In this document: piece after piece, positions 52,706 to 64,000 of the stretch
Position numbering within the stretch: the stretch's first letter is position 1
Layout: each line of letters opens with the position of its first letter
Origin: Tricharina praecox
Taxonomy: Eukaryota
Reading direction: 5' to 3'
NCBI RefSeq assembly: GCF_024521635.1
Contig: NW_026250409.1
Location: forward strand, 1,178,001-1,242,000
DNA: 64,000 nucleotides
Translations under genes and position numbers: made by a program
The notes under the pieces: model-generated
The model's database searches: none
What the model was told of the DNA's origin: nothing
What the model saw: only the letters and a program-made list of their open reading frames with translations

Positions 52706-54427
52706 ATGTCGCAGAGTAGACCTGCACAGTTCTCGGGACTGCGGATGGGGGGTTAGTTCGCCGATCCGTCTGATTGCTCGCTCGCGAGGCTATGATGCTC
52801 ATGGATTCGGATTTTGGGACTGACTTGTGCTGCTGTCTGCGTTTAGAGGTCATCCGTGAAAAGGTACAGGATGGTGCGACGGGAGAGACGCGAGAGATTA
52901 CGTACACTCAATGCAAGATCGTCGGGAACGGTTCCTTCGGTGTTGTCTTCCAGACCAAGCTTTCTCCATCCGGCGAGGATGCCGCCATCAAGCGAGTGCT
53001 GCAGGACAAGCGATTCAAGGTATGCCATCTCTGGACAGTGATGGTGATGGTGATGGTGATGGTGATGGTGATGGTGATGGTGATGGTGATGGTGATGGTG
53101 ATGGTGATGGTGATGGTGATGGTGATGGTGGTGATGAAGATTCTGGATGCGTGTGTTCCGTCTGCTAACTCCTTGACCCGTCCCCTCTTTAGAACCGTGA
53201 GCTACAGATCATGCGTATCGTGCGGCACCCGAACATTGTGGAGCTTAAGGCCTTCTACTACTCGAATGGCGAGCGGGTCCGTTACCTATTTCCTGATGAA
53301 ACATGCACGCATATGATTCGTCGAGAGATTGCTAACTTCGGACCCTAGAAAGACGAAGTCTACCTGAACCTCGTCTTGGAATTCGTCCCCGAAACGGTCT
53401 ACAGGGCTTCAAGGTTCTTCCACAAGATGAAGACCACCATGCCCATACTAGAAGTGAAGCTCTACATTTACCAGCTGTTCCGATCACTGGCATACATCCA
53501 TTCGCAAGGGATCTGCCATCGGGACATCAAGCCTCAGAACCTCCTGCTCGACCCCTCTACCGGTGTGTTGAAGCTCTGCGACTTCGGGAGTGCAAAGATC
53601 TTGGTCGAGAACGAGCCCAATGTGTCGTACATCTGCTCGCGCTACTACCGTGCCCCCGAGTTGATCTTTGGCGCAACTAATTACACGCCCAAGATCGGTC
53701 AGTGGACACACCCCCTCCTCTACAACAATTGCGCCTGTGCCCTCCCACTGACACCAACACAGATGTCTGGTCAACCGGTTGTGTGATGGCGGAACTGATG
53801 CTCGGCCAGCCGCTCTTCCCCGGAGAATCCGGAATCGATCAACTCGTTGAGATCATCAAGGTTCTGGGCACGCCGACACGGGAGCAGATCCGAACCATGA
53901 ACCCGAACTACATGGAGCACAAGTTCCCTCAGATCAAACCGCACCCCTTCAACAAGGTCCGTCCATCCAACCAGTGCCTCCACTGCGGTCGCTAGGTATT
54001 GACGGGGTGAGATATCTAGGTCTTCCGTAAGGCGTCGCCGGATGCGATTGACTTGATTTCTCGGTTGCTTGAATACACGCCCACCAACCGTCTTTCCGCG
54101 ATCGAGGCGCTGACGCACCCGTTCTTCGACGACCTACGCGATCCGAACACCAAGCTCCCCGACTCTCGTGGTCTCCACCCTGGTGTTCTTCGGGATCTGC
54201 CACCCCTCTTTAACTTCAACAAACATGGTACGTAATAGCCTGAGCTGCCTCCCCCGGTCGTCAAAATCCCCAGGTTGACTGACCACTTTATAGAGCTTTC
54301 TATCATGCCCGAGCTGAACGATAGGCTGGTACCGGTTCATGCTCGTCAGGCGTTAAGCGAGTCGGGGATAGACTTGAATAATTTCACGCCAATGTCGAAG
54401 GACGACATGATGGCGAAGCTAGACTGA
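52706..54427 (+). CDS. GSK3: Glycogen synthase kinase 3 (Rim11/shaggy family), 7 coding exons
   Basis: [111 protein letters not shown]...MMAKLD*. Confidence 0.97.
53038..53136. repeat. (GTGATG)n hexamer microsatellite (~16 units) inside GSK3 coding intron 2
   Basis: Lies between the GTATGC donor near 53020 and the GCTAAC..TTTAG acceptor near 53192. Confidence 0.95.
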
Positions 54428-56112
54428 GCCGCCGTGGTTCTCCTGGTTTTATCGGTCTCCTTTGGAAGTTTTTCCGTTCATTGAAATGCTTTTTTTGTTT
54501 CCCTTTACTTCTCGTGGCAAATTCCGTTTGTTTGTTTTTCTCGCTACACCGGGCTTTGGCGACAAAGAATGGCTGACGGCTTACGGCACATTTGAAACTG
54601 GGTGGCATCTGTTTTCTTCGAGTTGCATTGGGCAGATGAATGGAGGGGATGGGAAGAGGAAAGGACTTTTTAAATGCGAGAGAAAGGGTTTCGTTTGGCT
54701 GTAGGCTTTGATTGCTTCGTTTTGTGTGTAGTCCTCGTCGTTACGAATTGCAATCGCGTCTTAGGGGCACAAACACGCCGCTTCTTTTTTTCTTTTCTTC
54801 TTCTTTTATTCTTTTTGTTTTTGTATACGGTGTTTCCTTCGTTTTCTTTTCCACTTACTTTCGTTTTTCTTTTCTCCTTCCTGTCTGTTGCCTTTGAACC
54901 AAACCGGGTGGGAATCGGTGGTGGTGTTTGGGTTACGAACGGATTCAGAAGGTTTAAACGGGCTTATGCTGTATGTGTGTCGTCGTCGTCAGTGAGTTTT
55001 TTTTTTCCGAAAGTATGTGCAACGCCTTTTTTTCTTCTTGTTCTTCTTGTTCTTCTCTTCTTCTTCTTGTCTCTTTCTCCTTTCTCCTTTCTTTTCTCTT
55101 CTCCTTTCTCCTTTCTCTTGTGGCTCAGGGGTGGGGGTGTTTTGTTGGTTATGGATGGGGATGGGGGATGGGCGGAGGGAACGATTTGGGGTTGGGGCTT
55201 GGGGGGTTAAAATTTGAATTCAGATGTTCTTTTATCACTACTTGGTGGGAGGATCCGTGGTGATGGTACGATGGTGGAGTGGAGTGCAGTGGAGTGGTGT
55301 GGTTTTTTTCCATTGTTTCCATTGTTTGTATTATTTTGCTTGATCATACATGATGTGTGTACTTACTCGTGTTCAGCCTACCTGCTTCTTACTTACCTTA
55401 TGTACTTACTTACCGTTGTAAAACTACTTACTTATGATAGCATGATAGCAATGTATTGTACTTTTTATTTTCTTTCTCCGGTGGTGAGGGTGACTGATGA
55501 GTGATATATCGCGCACTGGCCACGAATCCCCAGAGGCGGTCGGGACGGGGCCGGGGCCACAGTACAGCCACAGTCTCTACAGCCAAAGGGACTATCTAAA
55601 GGCGCTGGGGATTCAAGCTGCTGGAAGATTTCTGTAGACAAAGCTTCTGGAGAGGCGTGTTCACTGCTGGGTTTTCTCATACTGTACCTACTGGCAAAGA
55701 CGGTCATGAAGTATCACTCCGTACTCGGTACTCATAGTCCTGGATTGCAGCTGGAAAACAATCAATCGATGTTGATGTTGAGAGTTACGGCCACTATTCC
55801 ACTACTCCGAGACCGCATCATTTCATGATCTCGATGAGCCCCATAGCCCAACAGCCGGGACTCGCCATATACTAGTAGTATCATGCCGACCGTCGGATGG
55901 TCACCGACTCACCGGCGGTCGCCAATCCGCGAAGCAAATATTCCAAGAGTCAAGTCGCGACTACACAGCAACCACCTTCGAACGACACGATAGCCACGAT
56001 ATCACCACCCCAGCAACACGACGAAACTGGTATCATTCAATTTCCTACCCCCCAACGAACGTGGACTGCCGAAATCCTCCCTCACAAGCCCCCATTCCGC
56101 GCCTCCTACGAG

Positions 56113-56812
56113 CTATGTAGAATTTTCCTTATTCACAGCCGGCGTCTTCTTCCCACCGATCGGCGGAAACTTAAAGCTCCACCCCTCTCCCCGCTTCCCT
56201 TTCACCCCTTGCCCCTCGCCCCTCTCCAGATCCCCTTCCTCGACTACACCCTCCGCCTCGACAACGCCCCACGTCAGCGCGCCCACATGCGGCTGCACGT
56301 TCCAGCCGAAGCGGACGGTAGCATTGCGCTCCAGGAAGCGTCCGCCAATGTCGTTGATGTTGTATTTTGCCTTTTCGTTGCGCAGCGACAGCCGCGAGAC
56401 GGAGGGGGTGGGCAGGATCGCGTCCCAGATGATTACTTCGTTGTCCGACTGTACGTGGGTTCTGGTCAGTAAAGTTATGGGAGGGGGGGGATGGGGGGGT
56501 GCGTACGTGCTTAGTGCGCTTCTCGTCGCCGGCGTAGGAGACGCTCAGCCAGGCGAACACCTGCTTCGTGTTCCAAGTGTAGAGGGATCCCAGATCCGCG
56601 TCCAGATCGAAAGTGATGAAAGCATATTCCTGCTGCTTTGACGAGTAGTAGTTTGGACGGCCCTTGACGACGCGGACCTTGACGACGTCGACGGATGCGG
56701 TGGGAGATGCCGGGTAGAGCAGTACGCTGAGCGCCGTGAGGATCCCCACACAGAACGCGACGGTCGTGAAGAAGCCAAAGACGTTTTGAACGCGCACTTT
56801 GGAGGCGTGCAT
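56113..56812 (-). CDS. SPC3: Signal peptidase complex subunit Spc3 (SPC22/23), 2 exons
   Basis: MHASKVRVQNVFGFFTTVAF..FDLDADLGSLYTWNTKQVFAWL..|SDNEVIIWDAIL..KYNINDI..FGWNVQPHVGALTWG. Confidence 0.93.
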
Positions 56813-57469
56813 CGTGAATGTGGTGGTGGTTGTTGGTTACGGTGAGAGGTGGACGGAGCTTGAGGACAGGTGGGTTTAGAGCATGTGTGGCTTCAGTTAG
56901 TGGGATGACACAGGGGAATGCTTGCGGTTAGTAGCTGAAATTATCCGATGCGAGTCGTCAATTATCACTCGTTCCCGAGTGTTGAAGTCAACTACAAATT
57001 TAGTGACAGGATTGCGTCGCTCGGCTATTAAGCCCATAATCGAGAGGATAGGATCAGCAGCGAGCCTACCGTAGCAGCCGTCGATGATTGACAGTCTGTG
57101 ACCATCCGGGACAAGAGCAAGACTACCCATTGAAGACATTGGATTCATATCGCGTACATAGCCCATATACGCCTAAGGAAACCCAATGCCCAAGAAACTC
57201 CAGGATATCAAGCCCCTACAAATAAGCAAATCACACATTATTCCCGAACGAAAGTCGGACGCTCATTCAATCCCGCCCATCCCCTACGCAAGCACAGTGT
57301 AGATCGCAAACAAGCAAAAAAACCACGATTGAAGAAACAATCAAGAGAAACAGACAAGAGAAACCCAGTTTATGTGAACACCTTAACACCTGCGATGCCG
57401 ACTCGTTTCGAAAAAGAAAAAAGGAAAACCCGACAATCGTTGCAGCATTATTTCGTTCATTACGAATGC

Positions 57470-59359
57470 TTACGCGATGTATTCGCCCTTGGCATTGGTG
57501 TTGGCAATCTTGATCCTCTTGCTCTTGTTGTTGTAAGACTCAGGAATGATCTTTGTCTTGTCAGCCGTATTCCTCACAAAATTGGCATGATTGCAAGGTG
57601 CTCACCTCAACGATCTCATTCCTGGGGAAGACCAAGCTGGGGATATCTTGGGTGGAGCAGGCCATCAGATATCCGTAAAGGACGCGGAGAACGCTCTCGT
57701 GGGCAATGATCAAAAGATCATTTTTCTCACGCTCCAATTCAAGGATGATGGGCTCCATGCGAACCGCCAAGTCATGGTAACTCTGCGAAAAAATTAGTCA
57801 AACTAGTTCTATCGGGTTGAAGATACAGGATGTCCATACCTCACCCCTCGGATACCTGTGATGGTAACTGTCCTGGAGGTGCTCCTCCCAATGGTCAGGG
57901 TAGTTCTTCCGTAGATCCGCATCGCTAAGCTTCCCCGCATCACCGGGGTTAAGCTGCGCCAACTGGGTCTTCTCCCGGATAGCAAAGCCCAAGTCCTTGA
58001 GGGGGGACGCAGTCTGCACGGTCCTGCGCCTGGTGCTGGTCCAGATGGTAAGACGCCGCAGTTCGGTCTCGCAACCTCCCTGCTCCAGGAACTGCTGGTG
58101 TTCCTGCTCACGGTGTCCCATGAGCGCATCGGCAAGACGCTTGGCGTACTTTTCACCTTCCTTGGACAAGCCAGCATCGGCCTTGTAGGAGTATTCCTCA
58201 TCGGAGCTTCCGGCACGCGCGAAGTAGGTCTTCCTGGACTTGATGTGCAAGTTCATCAGGTAAAACACAATGCGGTTGGGAAGATACCCAAACCGGCAAT
58301 TGTTGACATGATAACGCTGGCCAGCATTGATCATCTGGCGTCGCTCAGATCAGAATTTGCGCCGCTTGATGGATCAAAGTCGCTTACCTTGATGTAATTG
58401 AGATCTTTCTCTGCCATCGTCTCAAAATGCGGAATCTTGGCGTTCATCCTGCTGATGTAATGCGCCACCGCTTCGTCGGCGTTCCAACCAGCATACTGCA
58501 TAGTGAATTAGCATAGGTCTTTACGGACAGGTGAATTTTGTTGCTTACATCCGGAGATGAAATCTTGACGCTTCTCACGTTCTCCTCGATGATCGATTCA
58601 TCGTCGACGTACGACTCGATGAAGATGGTCTGGATCTCATGCTTGGCGAACTCCTTGGCCAGCTGCCTACGTCCCTCGGCGAGCGGATTGACAGCATCGT
58701 AAATCGCGATCTGACCCTTCTCGTGGTCGAAGAAGTGGTAAAGATCAAGCCTACACTTCTGGAGGATGGTCTGACGCAGCTTGACAGCCTCGGCAGAAGC
58801 TATAGGGAAACCGGTCAACAAAGAGTTTTTGCTCGCAAACATCATGGGAAACCATACCGTTGACGAAAAAGTAGTCATGAGGAACGTCCTTGCCGGGTCC
58901 CATATGCGCACGACGGTAATCACCGAGGTGGAAGGCGCGGGTCTTGACACCGAGCCTGCGACAGTCTTTAGCGAATGCGCGCAATATTACGGACCATGAC
59001 ACTTACCATCTCAGGTATCTCGTAAGCGCGACAGTGACGTGCCTGCATTCCCATCAGCTCCAACCAACCAACACATAACCCCACATCTCCCCGCGCCTAG
59101 AGGAAACATACGTCTTGCCCCTGGCGGGAAGTCCAACGGTTACGATAGCGATCTTGCCGGAGTGGAAAAGACGGCCTGACTCGGTAGCGTAGAGCTGGGC
59201 AGGCGCCATGGTCGAGTCATCGAGCTGGAGGTCGTGAATGGCGTCGATATTCACATTCGACTGGCGACGGTGGCGCAGGATGTTCGTAGCTCCATTCTCG
59301 ATGTTGTGGCTGTAGTCATTGGCAAAACCATGCCAGTCAGCAACTTGCGCGTTCTCCAT
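57470..59359 (-). CDS. 6-phosphofructo-2-kinase/fructose-2,6-bisphosphatase family protein (YLR345W-like clade), multi-exon
   Basis: APAQLYATESGRLFHSGKIAIVTVGLPARGKT P-loop, FHLGDYRR, RSVKISSPD|Y and FYLMNLHIK, then a histidine-phosphatase-like C-domain YHHRYPRGE|SYHDLAVRMEPIILELERE..IIAHESVLRVLYGY. Confidence 0.9.
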
Positions 59360-59671
59360 CTTGCAGTGTTGTGGAGTTTGAAAGTGAAGGTGGTGGCGAT
59401 GACGGTGGGGAGTGCAAGCAACCAGCTTGTAGGGAACGAGTGTGCTGCTAAGGAAAAGCGGGTTTCACTAGAGGTTGATGGCGCACTAGTAGCGACGAAA
59501 CCGGGGTTATGACGAATAGCGGGGACACGGGGGGGGGTGATTGTGTTTGCGTATCTCCGTAGAGTTGTCGCTGATGTGGGTGTGCAATTTGAGGTAGGTG
59601 AGGGTAGCAGGGCACGGCAGCGAGGGGGTGTGGAATGGGGGGTAGCGGGGGGAGAGAGGGAGGGGGTTCAA

Positions 59672-60111
59672 TTACGAGTAGTTGTCGTCCATTTCGTAAA
59701 ACAGCTGGTTGAAGACCTCGTTGAGGAGTTCGGGGCGCGGCAGATAAGAGGCGGGAGTGAGTGCGATAGTCGTCTGCGTCTGCAAAGAGGTGAGCCAATG
59801 AAACGGGCAGTCGGTCGTGTCAGGTACGGTCTGTGCTTGATCTGATCGCCGAGTTGTTCGGTGGTGGTGATGGTATCGGTGCAGCTCAAACGAGACGACC
59901 CTGCATTCCACAGCGTAGCGGAAGCGTCGCGATCGCGATAGAGGGTATATGTTTGTGTGATCTGTTTGACCGGACGCCGGATCGCCGAATTTGACTCGAT
60001 GATGTTTTCGTTTTCGCGAAGACAGCCGGGTGGGAACTTGGAGGAACTTACAGCGATGGCCAACTCTCCATTCTCCTCTCCCCTCATGCTCGGTTCGATG
60101 TCGGCTGTCAT
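59672..60111 (-). CDS. Putative spliced upstream ORF (55 aa) in the PFK-2/FBPase-2 leader. Exons 60111-60052 and 59779-59672
   Basis: ATG at 60111, phase-0 consensus donor GCT|GTAAGT at 60051, GCTCAC..TTTGCAG acceptor at 59780. The join gives MTADIEPSMRGEENGELAIATQTTIALTPASYLPRPELLNEVFNQLFYEMDDNYS*. Confidence 0.6.
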
Positions 60112-60615
60112 GGCTTGAGTTTCGGATGACGCTTATCGCGGTTATTCTGGCGCGGCTGTGCTTGAAGAACTTGGAGGGTGAAGTATGATCGGTGACGAGT
60201 ACTCTAGAGGATATGGTTGGTTGAGGTGGCGGCTATTGGATTTATAGACGCCGCACAGACGCCAGCAGCGTTTAGCCGCTAGCGCCAGGCGCAAGACAAT
60301 CACTCATCCCGCTTAGTAAAGCAGGGAACTAAGCACCCATCCCTACGCTACGCCCCCGCAGCGAAGCCGACAGAACGGGAACAGTGTCGAAAAAAGTTGA
60401 CTTCGGAGACCACAATCATCCAGCTCGCTTTGCTTCACCCTCTTAATCGACCCCCCGTACGGAACACCCCACCATACCCACCATCCACCTCGCCGCCTCC
60501 ATCCACATCACCCCAATTGCCTGTTGAGGGTTCCCCGGCATCGTAGGACCATTACTGACATCACACGCCGGACTCTTTGTTACCGATTTCCCCCACGCCG
60601 AATTGTACCGAAACA

Positions 60616-61979
60616 ATGTCGTCAACGATGGCTGATTCAAACCCCCTCGCCTTCCTTTCCGACAACCCGATATCCGCTGCCCTCGGCTCTCTGCAAGGCT
60701 CGTTCCGGGAACGGAGGCAGGCTTTGGGACTGAAGAACCCCGGCACCGTCGAGAACGTTTCGCGAGAGGTTCTGAAGGATGTGTTTTTGAACAACCACAC
60801 GTTTTCGGGCATGCGGGCGGATTTGATGAAGAGCTTCAGCATGAACCCAGTGTTCCAGATTTCGCATGCTTTCACCATGGGTGCCCAGGGAATGCCGCCC
60901 TACACGTTTGCCGCCGTCTTTGGAAACGATAAGGTTGGTGATCCCCCCACCCGCCCCGCATCCACATGCCCGCGCATATCTGGGTGCGTGGCAGAAGCAA
61001 TGGGATAAGAGGCTGTGTGTGCCGATTCTCAACCCCTCGGATCGGATCTCGATTCCCCGCAATTCCGTGGCGGGCACATGGGCGGTTGCGAGTTTTACTA
61101 CATTACGTCAGTGAAGCTAACCATATATGCATAGACTTTCATGCAAGCCACCGTCGACAATGACGGCCAAGTGGGCGGTCGCTTCAACTACAGATGGCTC
61201 CCAGGTGTGATCTCGAAGACCAATGTGCAGCTCGCCCCCGGCAGCACCCCTGGCCAGTCGGTCTTTACCACTGACGTCGACTACACCGGCGCCGACTTCT
61301 CCGGCTCGATCAAAGCATTCAACCCCTCGCTTCTCGACGGCGCCTTGACTGGTATCTTCATTGGCTCCTATCTCCAGGCCATTACCCCACGACTCTCGCT
61401 CGGTCTCGAATCGGTTTGGCAGCGTCCCGCCGCGTCACACGGCCCCGAGACCGCCTTGTCATATGTCGCGCGATACGTATCGGACGACTGGGTTGCGTCA
61501 ATGCAATTCCAGGGTCAGGGAGCTCTACAGGCAACTTTCTACAAGAAGATTGCAGACCGAGTGGAGGCTGGTGTTGACTGCCAGCTGACGTTCGCCGGAG
61601 GAATGGCACGGGGCGGTGGAGGTGGAATGATGGGCGGTGTGCGAAGAGAGGGCATCACCACTCTTGGTGTTAAATATGATTTCCGGAACTCTACTTTCCG
61701 CGCCCAGGTGGATTCGCAGGGAAAGCTGAGCTGCCTGCTCGAGAAGCGGGTTGCACCCGCTGTCACTCTGACCTTCTCGGCTGACATGGACCACGGCAAG
61801 GTAAGTTTCGTTCCTTGCAATGGCGGAAGAGGGCAGTGAAGCTAATGATCGATCTGTAGAATGCTGCCAAGGTTGGTCTTGGTGTGTCGGTCGAGGCTGC
61901 TCCCGAGGACCTGATGGAGATGCAAGAAAGGGCTGCGGCCGCAGGCGAAGTGCCCAGCACTCCCTCCATGCCCTTCTAA
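60616..61979 (+). CDS. TOM40: Mitochondrial import channel Tom40, 3 exons
   Basis: RRQALGLKNPGTVENVSREVLKDVFLNN..GMRADL..NPVFQISHAF, YTGADFSGSIKAFNPSLLDG..TGIFIGSYLQAITPRLSLGLE, KYDFRNSTFRAQVDS; ends SMPF*. Confidence 0.96.
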
Positions 61980-62728
61980 ATGTTTGCATAACGTGCCACT
62001 CTAAAAAGAAATGTCTACACCTCGTACCTTCCATCATCAATCCATATACCACATCCACTTATGACATGCGGGGGGACGAGAACGAGGTAGACGGCAGTGG
62101 GGTGGAGCAGGGAGGCGGGAGACGAACAGTGTCTAGTTCGAAGAGTTATACGTTGTTACTCTACGGCAATGTCGGACGATGAATGATGCAGCCGCATGGT
62201 TGGGTGGTCAGGTTTTCTGTTTCTCTCGCTTTTCTCTATTCTTCTACTTTTCTCTTTCTCTGCTTCATTTCCCGGTCTTACTAAAAGCCACTTCTTGGTA
62301 TTCTTTCGGCTTTCTCTCTTCGGTGTCTCTTCTCTCTTTCGTCTGTATATGGCTTGTAGATCGGGAGATAGAAGCCGTGGTTCACATTTGTTCTCGTTGT
62401 CCATTTCCTCCTGGTTATTTTTGGGGAAGAAGCTACCTCGTCGGATGCGGCGATTGTATGTATATAAGTGAGTAGAGATTAGGCCGGGACAGGCAATTGT
62501 ACTTGTATATTTCGTATCGAGTCCACATCATCCTGCCTCATCCCGCCCCCTCAGTGACACGGCAACAAACAACCAGGATCACCTTCTGCTAGTTGACACG
62601 CTTACACCAATTGGGGTCACTACGTCTCGAGAACCCGAAACACCAAGCAAAGAAAGAGGCCACCTTGTACGGGGACCTGAGCTCTTCTTCTCCACCGACA
62701 CACCCCCACCCTCATCGAACCACCGACA

Positions 62729-63593
62729 ATGGCAGAACTCAACACCCTCGAGCAATGGTACTACGACGTCCCCATCGTCACGCGCGTGTGGACCACCGCC
62801 GCCGTTGTCACCTCGGTCCTGGTGCAGTGCCAAGTCGTCACGCCCTTCCAGCTATTCTTCAGCTTCGGGTCGGTCTGGGGGAAACGACAGGTACCTTACC
62901 CGCGCCCGCAATTCACTCCTCCTGCGGGACCACTAACATGACATGTGCAGTACTGGCGACTTCTCACGACGTTCCTATACTTCGGCCCGCTGTCGCTCGA
63001 CTTCATGTTCCACCTCTTCTTCATGTCGCGCTACTCGCGCAACCTGGAGGAATCGTCGTTCCGCGGACAGACCGCCGAGTTCGCCTGGCTGCTGTTCTAC
63101 AGCGCCACCTCGCTGATCCTGCTCTCGCCCTTCACCTCCATGCCCTTCCTGGGCTCCCCGCTGTCTTTCAGTCTCGTCTACATCTGGGCCCGCAGGAACC
63201 CCAGCGTCCGGCTTAGCTTTCTGGGCCTCTTCGTTTTCTCCGCCCCGTACCTGCCTTGGGTCCTCCTCGGGTTCAGTCTTCTGCTGAATAACAATCTGCC
63301 GAAAGACGATCTCTTGGGGATCGTGGTGGGACATGGTATGCCTCCGCCCCTCCGCGCCCCTCCCCGCCGTCCCATGGCTGCAGATATACTGATATTCCGC
63401 AGTGTACTACTTCTTCTCCGACATCTACCCTCGTATCCGCAACGGTGCGCGTCCTTTGGACCCGCCAATGTTCTGGCGGCGCCTATTTGCGGGCGGCCGG
63501 GCGGTAGCCATCCCGACGAGGCAACCTGCGGGGGGGGACCATGACCAACACGACGACCAAAACGAGCTGGAACAGGTACTGCGCAATGAGTGA
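62729..63593 (+). CDS. DER1: Derlin (Der1-like ERAD membrane protein). Exons 62729-62890, 62951-63335, 63403-63593
   Basis: VPIVTRVWTTA..Q|YWRLLTTFLYFG..SRYSRNLEESSFRG..VYIWARRNP..APYLPWVLLGFS..GIVVGH|VYYFFSDIYP. Confidence 0.93.
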
Positions 63594-64000
63594 AGTGAAG
63601 TAATGCGAACGGAAATGTGGCGCGGTTTTTCATACGATAGTACGATGGAGTTTGGGGGCGTTCTGTACTTCTAATTTTTCACTTTACTTTCCTACTTGAT
63701 TGATTGATTGGTTGATTGATTGATTGCGTGCTGCGCGCTGGAATTTGCGGGCGGCCGGGCTGGTTTGGCTGTGTGTATGATATGATACCTCGGGCTGGAG
63801 GGGTGTAGACGTGTCAGGACAGATCTGAAATTGTGGCGGATAGATTTGCACGGTATTGCCATTGCCTTCATATTACATATCATCTGCTACCTAGGCATTT
63901 ACACCAGTGGAGTGAGTGGGTGTGATCAATGTTCATATGTATTTTCTGCATCTGATGGATATATCATAGATGAATGTATGGATGAATGCCCCTGGAAGGT

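Noticed and set aside
52774..53316. GSK3 ORF with an (MV)n insertion
   Set aside because: It is read-through of intron 2; splicing restores KRFK|NRELQ.

Overview
Intron-rich eukaryotic DNA from a filamentous ascomycete (GT-AG introns with CTRAC branch points; a Pezizomycete origin is only my guess). Twelve spliced protein genes can be built by hand: AZF1-like C2H2 factor (-), TUP1/RcoA (-), FLX1-like mitochondrial carrier (-), TOM7 (-, missed by the ORF track), MMM1 (+), CBP80/STO1 (-), URM1 (+), GSK3 (+), SPC3 (-), YLR345W-type PFK-2/FBPase-2 (-), TOM40 (+) and DER1 (+). Two microsatellite-rich gene deserts of about 14.6 kb lie upstream of AZF1 and GSK3. The main candidate novelty is a spliced 55-codon upstream ORF in front of the PFK-2/FBPase-2 gene. 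Its stop codon sits inside a splice donor, so splicing could turn it into a free micropeptide, an in-frame N-terminal extension or an overlapping uORF. Other leads are two diverged copies of a foldback MITE, a Q/N-rich octapeptide repeat in an orphan frame, and a head-to-head TOM7/MMM1 pair. No tRNA, rRNA or CRISPR array was found. Gene identities rest on my recall of the families, not on database searches.
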